Program-made: the position numbers and the translations under genes
In this document: piece after piece, positions 48,450-57,281 of the stretch
Position numbering within the stretch: the stretch's first letter is position 1
How the letters are laid out: every line of letters begins with the position of its first letter
The notes under the pieces: model-generated
What the model saw: only the letters and a program-made list of their open reading frames with translations
Database searches by the model: none
What the model was told of the DNA's origin: nothing
From: an uncultured Pseudomonadales bacterium
GTDB lineage: Bacteria; Patescibacteriota; Microgenomatia; UBA1400; PJMF01
Length of the DNA stretch: 64,000 nucleotides
Direction of reading: 5' to 3'
Assembly (NCBI GenBank): GCA_964457085.1
Contig: CAYWDM010000003.1
Location: 186 to 64,185 of the forward strand

Positions 48450-50483
48450 TTATTTTTGCTCTGGAGTAGAACTCGAAATTGGTCTGCCATAACTCTGACC
48501 TCCAGTTGCAGGAGTTGTGGGAGTTGCGGGACCATTGTTTAGACCAGCAGCTGGTCGAGTTGCAGTTGGCTGTACTGGTTGTGCTGGTTGCATTGGTGTC
48601 GGATTTGCAATCAATGACTGACCAGACTTTGCCTGCAGGGCAGATAGAATCCGTGGTACCCCAAGCACTGCTGCCACAGCAATGATAATAATCCCAAGGA
48701 TTAATGGCACAGCTGCGAATGGTGAACTGGCTTTTTTGGCTGGAGCGGGGGTAGCCTCAGTTTTGTCAGGGAAATCATTAACCAATTTCTTCACAGTGGT
48801 TGGCTTAGCACTTGGTTTGGCACTAACTTTAGGTGAAGGTGACACGTTTAACACCACATTTGCTTTTGGTGTTGGTGAAACGGTACTGGTCACCACTATG
48901 GTTGGACTGACTTTTGCAATTGGCTTAACTGTTGGTCTGCGAGTTGGTCTGACTGTGTCCCCATTATCGTCAACATAGCCACCAGTACCAGTGTCATCAG
49001 TACTAGATGTAGGTGGTTGGCAACGAGTATTGGCTGGGTTTGTCAGCAGACGACATTGATCGTTGTAACAGCGGAGATTGGCTGGGCAGTCGCTATTGGT
49101 GCTACAACTCTTATTACAGTCAACTACAACACCTGGCTTCACTATGGTTCTGCAAGAGACATCCTCAAGACTTTGAGAGTTGCGGCAGCGGTTGTACCAG
49201 CAAGTAAGTCCATTTGAACACTCGCTACTGTCTGCACAATATTTGTTGCAACTGGTTGTGGTGGTAGTGACACTTGAGCAGCTCTGGTCGTCGGTTTTTT
49301 GAGGTGCACGGCAGCGGTTGTACCAACAGGTGAGACCGTCGGAGCATTCGCTGTTGTCACTACAGTATTCATTACAACTGCGTTTAATACCTTTGTCTGG
49401 AGGCAACACACAACTAGTGTTGTCTTGATTGTTGATACGGCGACACTTACTGTTGTAACAATATAAGTTGGTAGCACATTCATCGTTGTTGCTACATGCC
49501 TCATTACATTGTTTGTAGCTAACTCCGCCAACTCCAGAGCATTTAGTTACTTTGTAGGTGGTGATTGCACTGTGTCGATTATCGTAGAACAGTCGCAAAT
49601 AATAAGTAATTTCTGGATCAAAGGTAAATGCACCTTTACTGCTGTTGTACCAGCGGAAATTGGTGCCATCAGTCATGGCGAAGCCATTACTGAGTGGTTT
49701 TGGATTAGTCACATCCTTATTTGCATACTCACTAAAGTCGGCTTTAGTGCTAATGTCTACAGATTTGATGTTGGGATAACGGGTGTTATTCCAGACGATG
49801 TATGTAGATGAACCATTTGAGCTATAGTTCAAACAAGCTTCGTAACTATAGACAAAGAATTCTGCGTTAGTGGGGACAAGAGTGGGTGTTGGAATGATTG
49901 CCACATCAGCAATTTTTACATCCAAATCTGTATGTAAACTAACTGCATCAGTGGATTCTCCCTGAGCACCAACAGTAGTATCTTCTTGAGAAAAGGTGAC
50001 TCTAGTTGAGTCCGATTTTTGTAGTGCTTTGAATGTTGCTGTCGCTAAGACTCCTTGGCCGGTTAAATAGGGTGGGTTGGCATTTGTTGGGACAATTACA
50101 GAGTATGAGGCAATGCCAGCAGCTCCGTTGACAGAGTTAATTAGTTCTTGTGCTTGAGAGGCAAACGCACCCTTTTCAATCTTTATTAACTCTAGATAAC
50201 TTTTGTCATATCGCAAGCCAACGTCCACAGCCTTAACTAAATTGGCATTGGTGTTAATATCAACTTTTACGGTAAAAATTTGTCCTGGGCCAACTGTTGC
50301 GTTTGATGTGGTTAGTCCTAATGTGGTGGCTGGCGCAGCTTTGCTACCCAAATCTTGATTCCCACCAAGTAACGCTATGCCTGCAGCCAATCCAACCATG
50401 ACAATAACCAGCAAAAACCCGACGATTGGCACTAACAGTGGTAGATGGGTGTGGTGAAAGCTGTGTGATTTAAGTTTGGGCAT
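48450..50483 (-). CDS. large secreted/anchored protein with cohesin domain, Cys-rich repeat modules and Pro/Thr-rich C-terminal region
   Basis: Cohesin signature GPGQIFTVKVDINTNANLVKAVDVGLRYDKSYLELIKIEKGAF...GVLATATFKAL (cf. CipA cohesin PGDTV.IPV....I..CDF.L.YDPNVLEI.EIEPG). Four C-x3-C-x5-C...NRCR modules. TPTP-rich tail with C-terminal TM. Confidence 0.65.
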   Translation of the reverse strand: MPKLKSHSFHHTHLPLLVPIVGFLLVIVMVGLAAGIALLGGNQDLGSKAAPATTLGLTTSNATVGPGQIFTVKVDINTNANLVKAVDVGLRYDKSYLELIKIEKGAFASQAQELINSVNGAAGIASYSVIVPTNANPPYLTGQGVLATATFKALQKSDSTRVTFSQEDTTVGAQGESTDAVSLHTDLDVKIADVAIIPTPTLVPTNAEFFVYSYEACLNYSSNGSSTYIVWNNTRYPNIKSVDISTKADFSEYANKDVTNPKPLSNGFAMTDGTNFRWYNSSKGAFTFDPEITYYLRLFYDNRHSAITTYKVTKCSGVGGVSYKQCNEACSNNDECATNLYCYNSKCRRINNQDNTSCVLPPDKGIKRSCNEYCSDNSECSDGLTCWYNRCRAPQKTDDQSCSSVTTTTTSCNKYCADSSECSNGLTCWYNRCRNSQSLEDVSCRTIVKPGVVVDCNKSCSTNSDCPANLRCYNDQCRLLTNPANTRCQPPTSSTDDTGTGGYVDDNGDTVRPTRRPTVKPIAKVSPTIVVTSTVSPTPKANVVLNVSPSPKVSAKPSAKPTTVKKLVNDFPDKTEATPAPAKKASSPFAAVPLILGIIIIAVAAVLGVPRILSALQAKSGQSLIANPTPMQPAQPVQPTATRPAAGLNNGPATPTTPATGGQSYGRPISSSTPEQK

Positions 50484-50491
50484 ATATACTT

Positions 50492-51412
50492 TTATGTTCC
50501 TATAAGTTGAGTGATGATTGCGTAGTCAATTGCATTGATTTTGCCATCATGATTGAGATCCGCTTCTGGCAAAATTGAAACTGGACGTAAATATGCAAAC
50601 ACTAACAAGGCGACATCTTGGCTGTCGACAGCACCATCGTGATTAAGGTCGCCTGTTTTATACCCAATTGGGGTAGTGGGGGTAGGACTGGCAACTCCAG
50701 AGATGGTTGGGGTGACAGTTGGGGCATTGGGACATGCTGTCATATTTGTTGACCATGTGCCGTTTACAGCTGGACAGCAATACAGACGATTGCCGCAAGA
50801 CTCGGCACGACCTACAGCATTACAGGTACTGTCAGTCGAAGTACCGTCAGATTCTGGTGGGTGACAGTTTCGCAATACGCCATCTGTGCCTGGACATTCT
50901 TCTACACAGGGGATTGGTATTGTGGGTGTTGGTGTGCCAGCATTGGGAGTGGGTGTTGGTGTCGAAGTCGGTGCGGGTGTCGGAGTTGGTGTCTTGGTGG
51001 GAGTGGGACTTGCAACATTAGGAGTAGGAGTTGGCGTCTTGGATGGTGCAGGTGTTGGAGTGGCACAAGCAGTCATTGCGGTGGTCCATGCACCACCAGC
51101 GGAGGGACAACAGTAACTCTTGCCACCGCATGGTTCAACTCTTCCTTTAACGTTACAGGTACTATCTGCTGAGCTGCCATCTGGTTCTGGTGGAGTACAG
51201 TTTCGCAAAACATTATCTTTGCCAGGGCATTCTTCTTTACAGCCGCCAGCTGCGAGATTGTTAGTGTTAAATCCAGCTGCATCCCTGCGTGGATCTTGGT
51301 TTTGTTGCACGAGTACGACTGCGGCGGGAATAGCCACAGCCATGAATACTAATCCAAGCACAATACGGAGTTGGCTTGTATTTGGCTGTTGCTTAGGGTG
51401 TTTAGAACTCAT
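50492..51412 (-). CDS. secreted Cys-rich protein with internal tandem duplication, PT linkers and C-terminal dockerin
   Basis: Two ~48-aa copies (ECPGKDNVLRNCTPPEPDGSSADSTCNVKGRVEPCG / ECPGTDGVLRNCHPPESDGTSTDSTCNAVGRAESCG), TPTPTP linkers. C-terminal dockerin repeats GDLNHDGAVDSQDVALL / ADLNHDGKINAIDYAII. Confidence 0.6.
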   Translation of the reverse strand: MSSKHPKQQPNTSQLRIVLGLVFMAVAIPAAVVLVQQNQDPRRDAAGFNTNNLAAGGCKEECPGKDNVLRNCTPPEPDGSSADSTCNVKGRVEPCGGKSYCCPSAGGAWTTAMTACATPTPAPSKTPTPTPNVASPTPTKTPTPTPAPTSTPTPTPNAGTPTPTIPIPCVEECPGTDGVLRNCHPPESDGTSTDSTCNAVGRAESCGNRLYCCPAVNGTWSTNMTACPNAPTVTPTISGVASPTPTTPIGYKTGDLNHDGAVDSQDVALLVFAYLRPVSILPEADLNHDGKINAIDYAIITQLIGT

Positions 51413-51542
51413 AAAACAAGCGAAAATATTCGCTAATTCATTGAATCATTATCGGCGGTGTTTATCAACTAACAAGAATGTCGTCCTGATGATTCAGTAT
51501 CAAATAATTGGGTCACTTACGTAGTGGACAATTGATAGTCAA

Positions 51543-53618
51543 TTAGGTTCCAATCAAATCAAGCAGTTTCGCGTAGTCGATCGCGTTGATTCGATTATCG
51601 GAGTTAAGATCGGCTTTTGGTTTGGCAGATGCTGCCTGGCCATATACTGTGATCATCATTTGTACATCTTGTTGGTTAACTATATTGTCTTGATTCAAGT
51701 CACCCAATTTATTAGTGGTTACAGTTGGCACAGTAGTATTGGTTGGCAATGGGGCGGTAGTACTGGTGATGATGGGAGTAACGCTTGGTGTAATGGCTGG
51801 ATTTCTTGTTGGAGTTGGTGAAGGTATTCTGGTTGGTGTTGGGGTAACAATACGAGTTGGGGTTGGTGTGGCTGCAGGGACAGTTGGCGTTGGTGTTCTG
51901 GTTGGCGTAGGGGTGCGTGTGGCTGTCGGTGTGGGAGTGGCTGTTGCCTGTGGTGTGATGGCAGTGCAGTTTGGCCCAACGGTGTTTGAACCATCATTGC
52001 AGTCTGGAATTGCATGTGCTGCACAGGAAGCTGGACAGCCTGTTGCTGGTTTGGTGTTGTCAGTACCCCAGAAACAGTAGCTGTCGTTGTCGCGGTCACT
52101 ACAGGTGATCGCAGCCTTGCTGGCTGGTGGAATAATGTTTTTGCTATAGAGAACTGCTGGGTCACTGGCAGCGACATAAATACCCGCCATGGTTTCTATA
52201 CCTGGGTCACTGGTGATGGTTTTGGCCACAATTTGGTTGTATGCAGTGAGTACATTAGATGTGGCTCCTGGAATAGTGCCTTGCATCACATAGCGGAAAT
52301 AGCCGCCCTCACCGAAAGTGGTGTTCCAGCTGTTTTTTATGATCCAATATTCAAGTCCAGTTGCATTGTCTTTGCCCCAGCCAACAATAGAGATTACATG
52401 CAAACCCTGGTATGGAGCAGTGACTGTTTTGGCGTAAATACCGCTTTGGTAATAATACAAATCTTCAAAGACAGCAATACTTGCTGTGACTGGGCCATGT
52501 TCAATGATTGCACGCTTAATATTTTGGGCAGTGGCATACGTGTCTAAAATATAGTTTGTTTGATCTTTCCAGACGACTGCAACCGCTTCTTTATCTGATT
52601 TATAGAGTGAATCAGCGGTCGACTGTCCACATCTGGGATTTGGACATGCACAGCTGGCAGTTGAGCGATCACATGCCTTGTAGCTGTTGCAGGACTCAGG
52701 GATGATCCCTGAGTTTTTTGCATAGATAAAATAGTCACTCGAAAATCCACCAGTGGCACAAATATTGTTGTAAGCTGTGGCGGTGTTACAAACGATCGCA
52801 TCTTGTTCAGAAAAATCTAAATTGAGTCCAGGTTGGTTAAGGTGGGAGCCGACGTTAGCCTCTAAAGTTGCAGTGCTCCCAAAAACGGTACAAGAACCAC
52901 AATTTGCTTGATCTTTTACAGAGGATACAAAGTTGCCGCCGTGAATTTGTCGCCAGTCATAGTTTGCAGGAAGAGTAACTCCCTGATCAAGCTCCGCACT
53001 AAGGCCATTGCTGCTACCCAAAATACTTGTATTTGCTGAGTAGGTTGTGGTGACATTTGCTGCTGGTTTGCCGGATGACTTCAACTCATTGAGGTTTGCA
53101 ATATTTTGCAGTTGAAATGGCTTGGCGTAGTTTTCCTCTTTGAGACGCTTTGCGGCTACGGGACTATATGAGGAGACCTTCCAGGTTTTTTCAACACTAT
53201 TTTTCCCTGGGGGTGGCACAGCTAGAGCAGCATTCTCAAATTGAGTAATTTTATTGGAGTGAGCAATGATTTGGGTCTGATTTAGGTTAAGACCTGCTTG
53301 ATTAGATTGTTGTTGAATTTGCAGTGTTTTTGCATCAAGACTGTAGTTACCTCCAGAAGCTTGTTGTCGTAAATCTTGGCCAGTTGCGTTCAGTGCAAGT
53401 GCAGTAATGACGCCTACTACTAGTAAGCCTAATAAACCAATCGCTCCAAAAAATTTAAGTTTTTTTTGAGGGTTATGGTGTGGTTGGAATGAGTCTGTGG
53501 CAGGGGGTTGGGTGGTAACAACATGGACATCTGCAGAAACAGGTAAAACTACAGGACTCGGCAAGATATCTGCTAAGTTGTTGTGATTCTGTGGTGATTG
53601 TTGAGAACTGCCAAGCAT
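51543..53618 (-). CDS. membrane-anchored papain-family (C1A) cysteine protease with Pro/Thr linker and C-terminal dockerin
   Basis: Catalytic signatures: Gln/Cys (VKDQANCGSCTVFGS), His (HVISIVGWGKD), Asn-Ser-Trp (WIIKNSWNTTFGEGGYFRY). Linker TPTPTATRTPTPT. Dockerin GDLNQDNIVNQQDVQMM / ADLNSDNRINAIDYAKL. Confidence 0.8.
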   Translation of the reverse strand: MLGSSQQSPQNHNNLADILPSPVVLPVSADVHVVTTQPPATDSFQPHHNPQKKLKFFGAIGLLGLLVVGVITALALNATGQDLRQQASGGNYSLDAKTLQIQQQSNQAGLNLNQTQIIAHSNKITQFENAALAVPPPGKNSVEKTWKVSSYSPVAAKRLKEENYAKPFQLQNIANLNELKSSGKPAANVTTTYSANTSILGSSNGLSAELDQGVTLPANYDWRQIHGGNFVSSVKDQANCGSCTVFGSTATLEANVGSHLNQPGLNLDFSEQDAIVCNTATAYNNICATGGFSSDYFIYAKNSGIIPESCNSYKACDRSTASCACPNPRCGQSTADSLYKSDKEAVAVVWKDQTNYILDTYATAQNIKRAIIEHGPVTASIAVFEDLYYYQSGIYAKTVTAPYQGLHVISIVGWGKDNATGLEYWIIKNSWNTTFGEGGYFRYVMQGTIPGATSNVLTAYNQIVAKTITSDPGIETMAGIYVAASDPAVLYSKNIIPPASKAAITCSDRDNDSYCFWGTDNTKPATGCPASCAAHAIPDCNDGSNTVGPNCTAITPQATATPTPTATRTPTPTRTPTPTVPAATPTPTRIVTPTPTRIPSPTPTRNPAITPSVTPIITSTTAPLPTNTTVPTVTTNKLGDLNQDNIVNQQDVQMMITVYGQAASAKPKADLNSDNRINAIDYAKLLDLIGT

Positions 53619-53684
53619 GCCAAGTTGTTGTGAACAAAACTCATTCTACAGTGTAAGAAACTCGACTCACAATAGGGAACAAGT

Positions 53685-54074
53685 CTATTTGGACACCGGC
53701 TGAATTGGGGCCAGACCGCCAGTACAACGCCAATTAACAGTTGCTTGTTGAGTCACTTCCTGCACTACACACGCAGGATTACAACCAGTCTTTTTCTGGT
53801 CAAGGTCAAACCACCAAGTTTGAGAGTGGGGGTTGTAGAAAGATTCTGTACTTAAATTGCCAAATTTATTACAGTCACTAGCAAGTGCAATTGCACGAGC
53901 TTCATCCTGAGTTAGTTTGCTTGCCGGAGTGGGGATAATGGTTGGTTTGTTCAGATCTTGACTTGGTTGGACGATGTTTTCTGCAGGTGAAGTGTTGGTG
54001 GTGCAACCAGATAATACTGCTCCGGACAATAGCACGGTGATAAGATATGTGAGTTGTCGACTAGATGTAGACAT
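53685..54074 (-). CDS. small lipoprotein, possibly PepSY-like
   Basis: Lipobox LSGC; TQDEARAIALAS...YNPHSQTWWFDLD weakly resembles PepSY domain pattern. Confidence 0.4.
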   Translation of the reverse strand: MSTSSRQLTYLITVLLSGAVLSGCTTNTSPAENIVQPSQDLNKPTIIPTPASKLTQDEARAIALASDCNKFGNLSTESFYNPHSQTWWFDLDQKKTGCNPACVVQEVTQQATVNWRCTGGLAPIQPVSK

Positions 54075-54117
54075 AAGCTAGTTATAGTATACTGCGTACA
54101 GCTCGTGGAGAGCAGCA

Positions 54118-55032
54118 ATGAATATGTTACAAAACTCAAAAATGCCTAAAAAAGTTCGTAAAGCAATTGTCACTGATGCCGGTTTTGCAAGTCGTTATTT
54201 GCCAATAACCAAGACCATGCCGAAGGCAATGCTGCCCCTTGGAAACAGACCAATCATGCAGTTTGTGGTCGAGGAGTGTGTGGAGGCCGGAATCGAGGAG
54301 ATCATTATTGTATCCACTCCTGAGGGCAAGCCAATTTATGAGGATTACTTCAATAATAATGTCAACCGTATTCGCAAACAATTAGCTGAACAAGGCAAAG
54401 AAGATCGATATGAGTCGGTTCAAGATGTGCTCAACTTCCCTAAAATTCATGTGATCACACAAGATCCCAGTTTGCCGTATGGCAACGGTTCTCCAGTAGC
54501 GTCAGCTCAAAAATTTGTGGAAGCAGAAGAAGCATTTCTAGTGCTATATAGCGACGATGTTGTGTTTGGGCAGCCTGGTGATGCCAAAACCTTGGTTGAT
54601 GCTTATGAAAATAATCCTGATAGCGAAGCCATTATTATGGCTCAGGAAGTTGATTCTGATGTAGTTGATAAATATGGCATCATTTCATTTAAGAGCGGTA
54701 CTAAAAATGAACTGAGTCATATCGTAGAAAAACCAAAAAAAGGTACTGAGCCATCGCGCCTCGCATCATATGGCCGTTACCTGATGAAGCCATCCATTTT
54801 TCAGTATTTGAGCTCAAATAATACTGGGCTAGACGGTGAGCTATGGACAGTTGATGCTATTACTCAAATTGCACAGACGAATAAAGTTTTAGTATCAACC
54901 ACTAAAGCACAGTGGGTGACAACTGGTGATCCAGAGAACTATTTCAGAGCACATTTACAGTTTGTGATGACCAAAGAAAAGTATGGAGAAAAAGTTCCTA
55001 CTTGGGTGAAAGAAATCGCCAGTGGACACTAA
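54118..55032 (+). CDS. galU: UTP--glucose-1-phosphate uridylyltransferase-like sugar nucleotidyltransferase
   Basis: N-terminal KAIVTDAGFASRYLPITKTMPKAMLPLGNRPIMQFVVEE matches GalU G-x-G-T-R loop region; 304 aa. Confidence 0.7.
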   Translation: MNMLQNSKMPKKVRKAIVTDAGFASRYLPITKTMPKAMLPLGNRPIMQFVVEECVEAGIEEIIIVSTPEGKPIYEDYFNNNVNRIRKQLAEQGKEDRYESVQDVLNFPKIHVITQDPSLPYGNGSPVASAQKFVEAEEAFLVLYSDDVVFGQPGDAKTLVDAYENNPDSEAIIMAQEVDSDVVDKYGIISFKSGTKNELSHIVEKPKKGTEPSRLASYGRYLMKPSIFQYLSSNNTGLDGELWTVDAITQIAQTNKVLVSTTKAQWVTTGDPENYFRAHLQFVMTKEKYGEKVPTWVKEIASGH

Positions 55033-55423
55033 TCGAGCATTTGGGTGTCACAAATATCGTGTCAATAGTTGGTTTTAAATTGTAATTAGATACAATACAA
55101 ATAGAGCACATTTACAGATTTCCACAGTCAAACGCGAGAGGTGGCAAGTCATTTTCCTCAACAGCTTTTGACAGGGTTCGCTTGTGCGACAGTTCCTTGG
55201 AATTGTAGCCGGCTTACCCACCTGGATTTATTTCCGGGGAAAGAACGTCGCCTCGCGCGCTGGGCTGTGGCACTTTTGTTTGATTTAGAGATGGGCTTTC
55301 CATTTTCACTTCGTCAGTTAGTCATCATTTTGCACACAGTACTTTCAGAAAAATTCCTGATACAATACCTTTTTGTCTCAACTGGATTTATACTGTCCTG
55401 GTAGAAAATAGATGAGATGGATG

Positions 55424-55496
55424 CCTTCGTAGCTCAGTCGGTAGAGCGCAGTCTTGGTAAGACTGAGGTCTCGGGTTCGATTCCCGACGAAGGCTC
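55424..55496 (+). tRNA. tRNA-Thr (anticodon GGT)
   Basis: Hand-folded: acceptor GCCTTCG/CGAAGGC, D-arm GCTC-AGTCGGTA-GAGC, anticodon loop TTGGTAA, T-arm TCGGG-TTCGATT-CCCGA. Confidence 0.85.
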
Positions 55497-55537
55497 AGAA
55501 GTTGGTTCTGCAGCCAAATACTGCAAAAACAGCTTAA

Positions 55538-55619
55538 GCCAAGTTACTCAAGTGGCAACGAGGGCAGTCTGTAAAACTGCTGGCATTAGCCTTCCCAGGT
55601 TCGAATCCTGGACTTGGCA
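55538..55619 (+). tRNA. tRNA-Tyr (anticodon GTA), type II with long variable arm
   Basis: Acceptor GCCAAGT/ACTTGGC, 3-bp D-stem, anticodon stem GCAGT/ACTGC loop CTGTAAA, 14-nt variable arm, T-arm CCAGG-TTCGAAT-CCTGG. Confidence 0.8.
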
Positions 55620-55640
55620 CAAACAAACTGTGCAAACCAA

Positions 55641-55666
55641 ATCACCTGTCATGGGTGATTTTTTTG
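55641..55666 (+). terminator. rho-independent terminator after tRNA-Thr/Tyr pair
   Basis: atcacc-tgtcatg-ggtgat + ttttttt. Confidence 0.7.
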
Positions 55667-55904
55667 TGAATTTAATTTATTTGTCCAAATTTTCAAAAAT
55701 TGAATCGAGTCGACAAGGGGGTACTGCTCATCTTAAGAATGGCTATTGTCTTATTAACATCCTATAACATTGACAAAAGGGATGCATGGTGCTACCTTTG
55801 ATAGTGGCAATATTTTCTGGTAACAAATGCTGTTTTCCAAGAGATGTTGCAAATAATACTCGCACTTTAAAATCTTTACTTTATTCAGTTGTAAGTAACT
55901 TTCT

Positions 55905-56675
55905 GTGCATATCGTGCCTGGAGAGTTACTTACAATTCAAAAAAATCATGGAGATAAGATGAGCCTCAAACGAAAGATATGGACTTTGGTAGCGGTGACC
56001 ATTATTACCGCTGGAATATGCATTACTAATCCGTTTGGAATTAATGAACGGATTACAGATTTGCTTAATGGTAATTATGATGTTGTTGCGGCAACGGCTT
56101 ATGTCGATACCACAACAACTATCACACTACCTGAAAGCGAGTTTAGCATTTCACTCTCATTTGATTTTGGGAGTGAATATCCAGCAGGGAGTAACGACCC
56201 CGAACTGTGGAATGAACTGCAGCGTGAGCTGCAGGAACTGTTCCTAAGCAACGGCGTGTTCAACCAAAAAAAGATTGTCAGCCAAGTGCCGACAATCAAC
56301 TGGTTAAAACAGAATGCTGAAGTTTGGAGTTCTGGAACCAGGGTACACTACGTACTTGATTTACCAGTTGATGGCATCCTGATGGCTGCCAGTACCAAAC
56401 AACAGTACCAATCGGTCACTGCCTATGATGATGCTCCATTTGCTGGTGAAGTGAACGGATACTATTTCACTTACCAAATCAAGGACTATACCAGCCAGCA
56501 CGTTATGGGTTGGTATGCAAATGACAGCGTAACTGCTGATATTCTCCACGAAAAACAACTCCTGTTTATATATCCAGACGGGCATAAGATTATTTTGACT
56601 GTGCCATCTGAGATGTTGAATGAAGGGGTTGCAGAAGGCGACACATTTAGTCTTCGAATGAAGAAAGTAGAGTAG
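55905..56675 (+). CDS. hypothetical membrane-anchored/secreted protein
   Basis: Likely start MSLKRK (~55949) followed by TM (IWTLVAVTIITAGICI); 240-256 aa; terminator at 56786-56813. Confidence 0.45.
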   Translation: MHIVPGELLTIQKNHGDKMSLKRKIWTLVAVTIITAGICITNPFGINERITDLLNGNYDVVAATAYVDTTTTITLPESEFSISLSFDFGSEYPAGSNDPELWNELQRELQELFLSNGVFNQKKIVSQVPTINWLKQNAEVWSSGTRVHYVLDLPVDGILMAASTKQQYQSVTAYDDAPFAGEVNGYYFTYQIKDYTSQHVMGWYANDSVTADILHEKQLLFIYPDGHKIILTVPSEMLNEGVAEGDTFSLRMKKVE

Positions 56676-56785
56676 TGTGAGAAGCACCCAAAGGTGTTTG
56701 TGTGGATTAAAATCCATGCGAATACTGGAGGGTGCTTTTCTATTAATGCAGTTACTTGCTTAAAGTGGATGTGGGAACTGTCAAA

Positions 56786-56813
56786 AAACCCTCGTTTTTC
56801 GACGAGGGTTTAT
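56786..56813 (+). terminator. rho-independent terminator
   Basis: aaccctcg-tttttcg-acgagggtt + tat. Confidence 0.6.
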
Positions 56814-57148
56814 ACATTCAAAAATTTGAAAATTTGTGCTTAGTGAGCAGCGTTATATTCAAGTGAAGAATGATGATTTTGGATTATCTATCGTGAATAT
56901 GACTGCCACTACGAAGTGGTGGCTGAACGCGATGATGGTGCTAAGTTGCCTATGGGATATTAACAAGCTACAAAGATCAGAGCCGCCTCGTAAGGGCGGC
57001 TCTGATCTTTCAGTCCGTAAAACTAGGGGTTAAAAAGTGTATTTTTTTCAGACCAAACATTCAAAAATCATCGGACTTGCAGCTACCTCGTGCATACTTG
57101 CCATGTGTCGGGTAAAATAGCCTACGTCGATAGTGTTGTGATCGATCT

Positions 57149-57220
57149 GCCACCTTAGCTCAGCGGTAGAGCACCTGTTTTGTAAACAGGTGGTCCTGGG
57201 TTCGAGACCCAGAGGTGGCT
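57149..57220 (+). tRNA. tRNA-Thr (anticodon TGT)
   Basis: Acceptor GCCACCT/AGGTGGC, D-arm GCTC-AGCGGTA-GAGC, anticodon loop TTTGTAA, T-arm CTGGG-TTCGAGA-CCCAG. Confidence 0.85.
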
Positions 57221-57281
57221 CAGTTTTTTTCAAAATAAATTGTGATCGCTGACGACTGAGTCAGTTCAGGACGCATCTGCT

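Noticed and set aside
50676-52547. Multiple plus-strand ORFs (e.g. 50886-51116, 51715-52080, 52014-52547) rich in Gly/Val/Cys/Trp
   Set aside because: They are antisense to Pro/Thr-linker and Cys-rich coding regions of the minus-strand surface-protein genes. They are low-complexity artefacts of ACN/CCN codon repeats.
55538-55619. tRNA-Tyr apparently lacking a D-arm
   Set aside because: The initial parse used the wrong 5' end (GTGGCAA). Re-folding with acceptor GCCAAGT/ACTTGGC gives a normal type II tRNA-Tyr with a 3-bp D-stem and long variable arm.
55417-55767. 116-aa ORF in the tRNA-Thr/tRNA-Tyr region
   Set aside because: It overlaps two well-folded tRNA genes and a terminator; spurious.
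57048-57233. 61-aa minus-strand ORF
   Set aside because: Antisense to tRNA-Thr(TGT); spurious.
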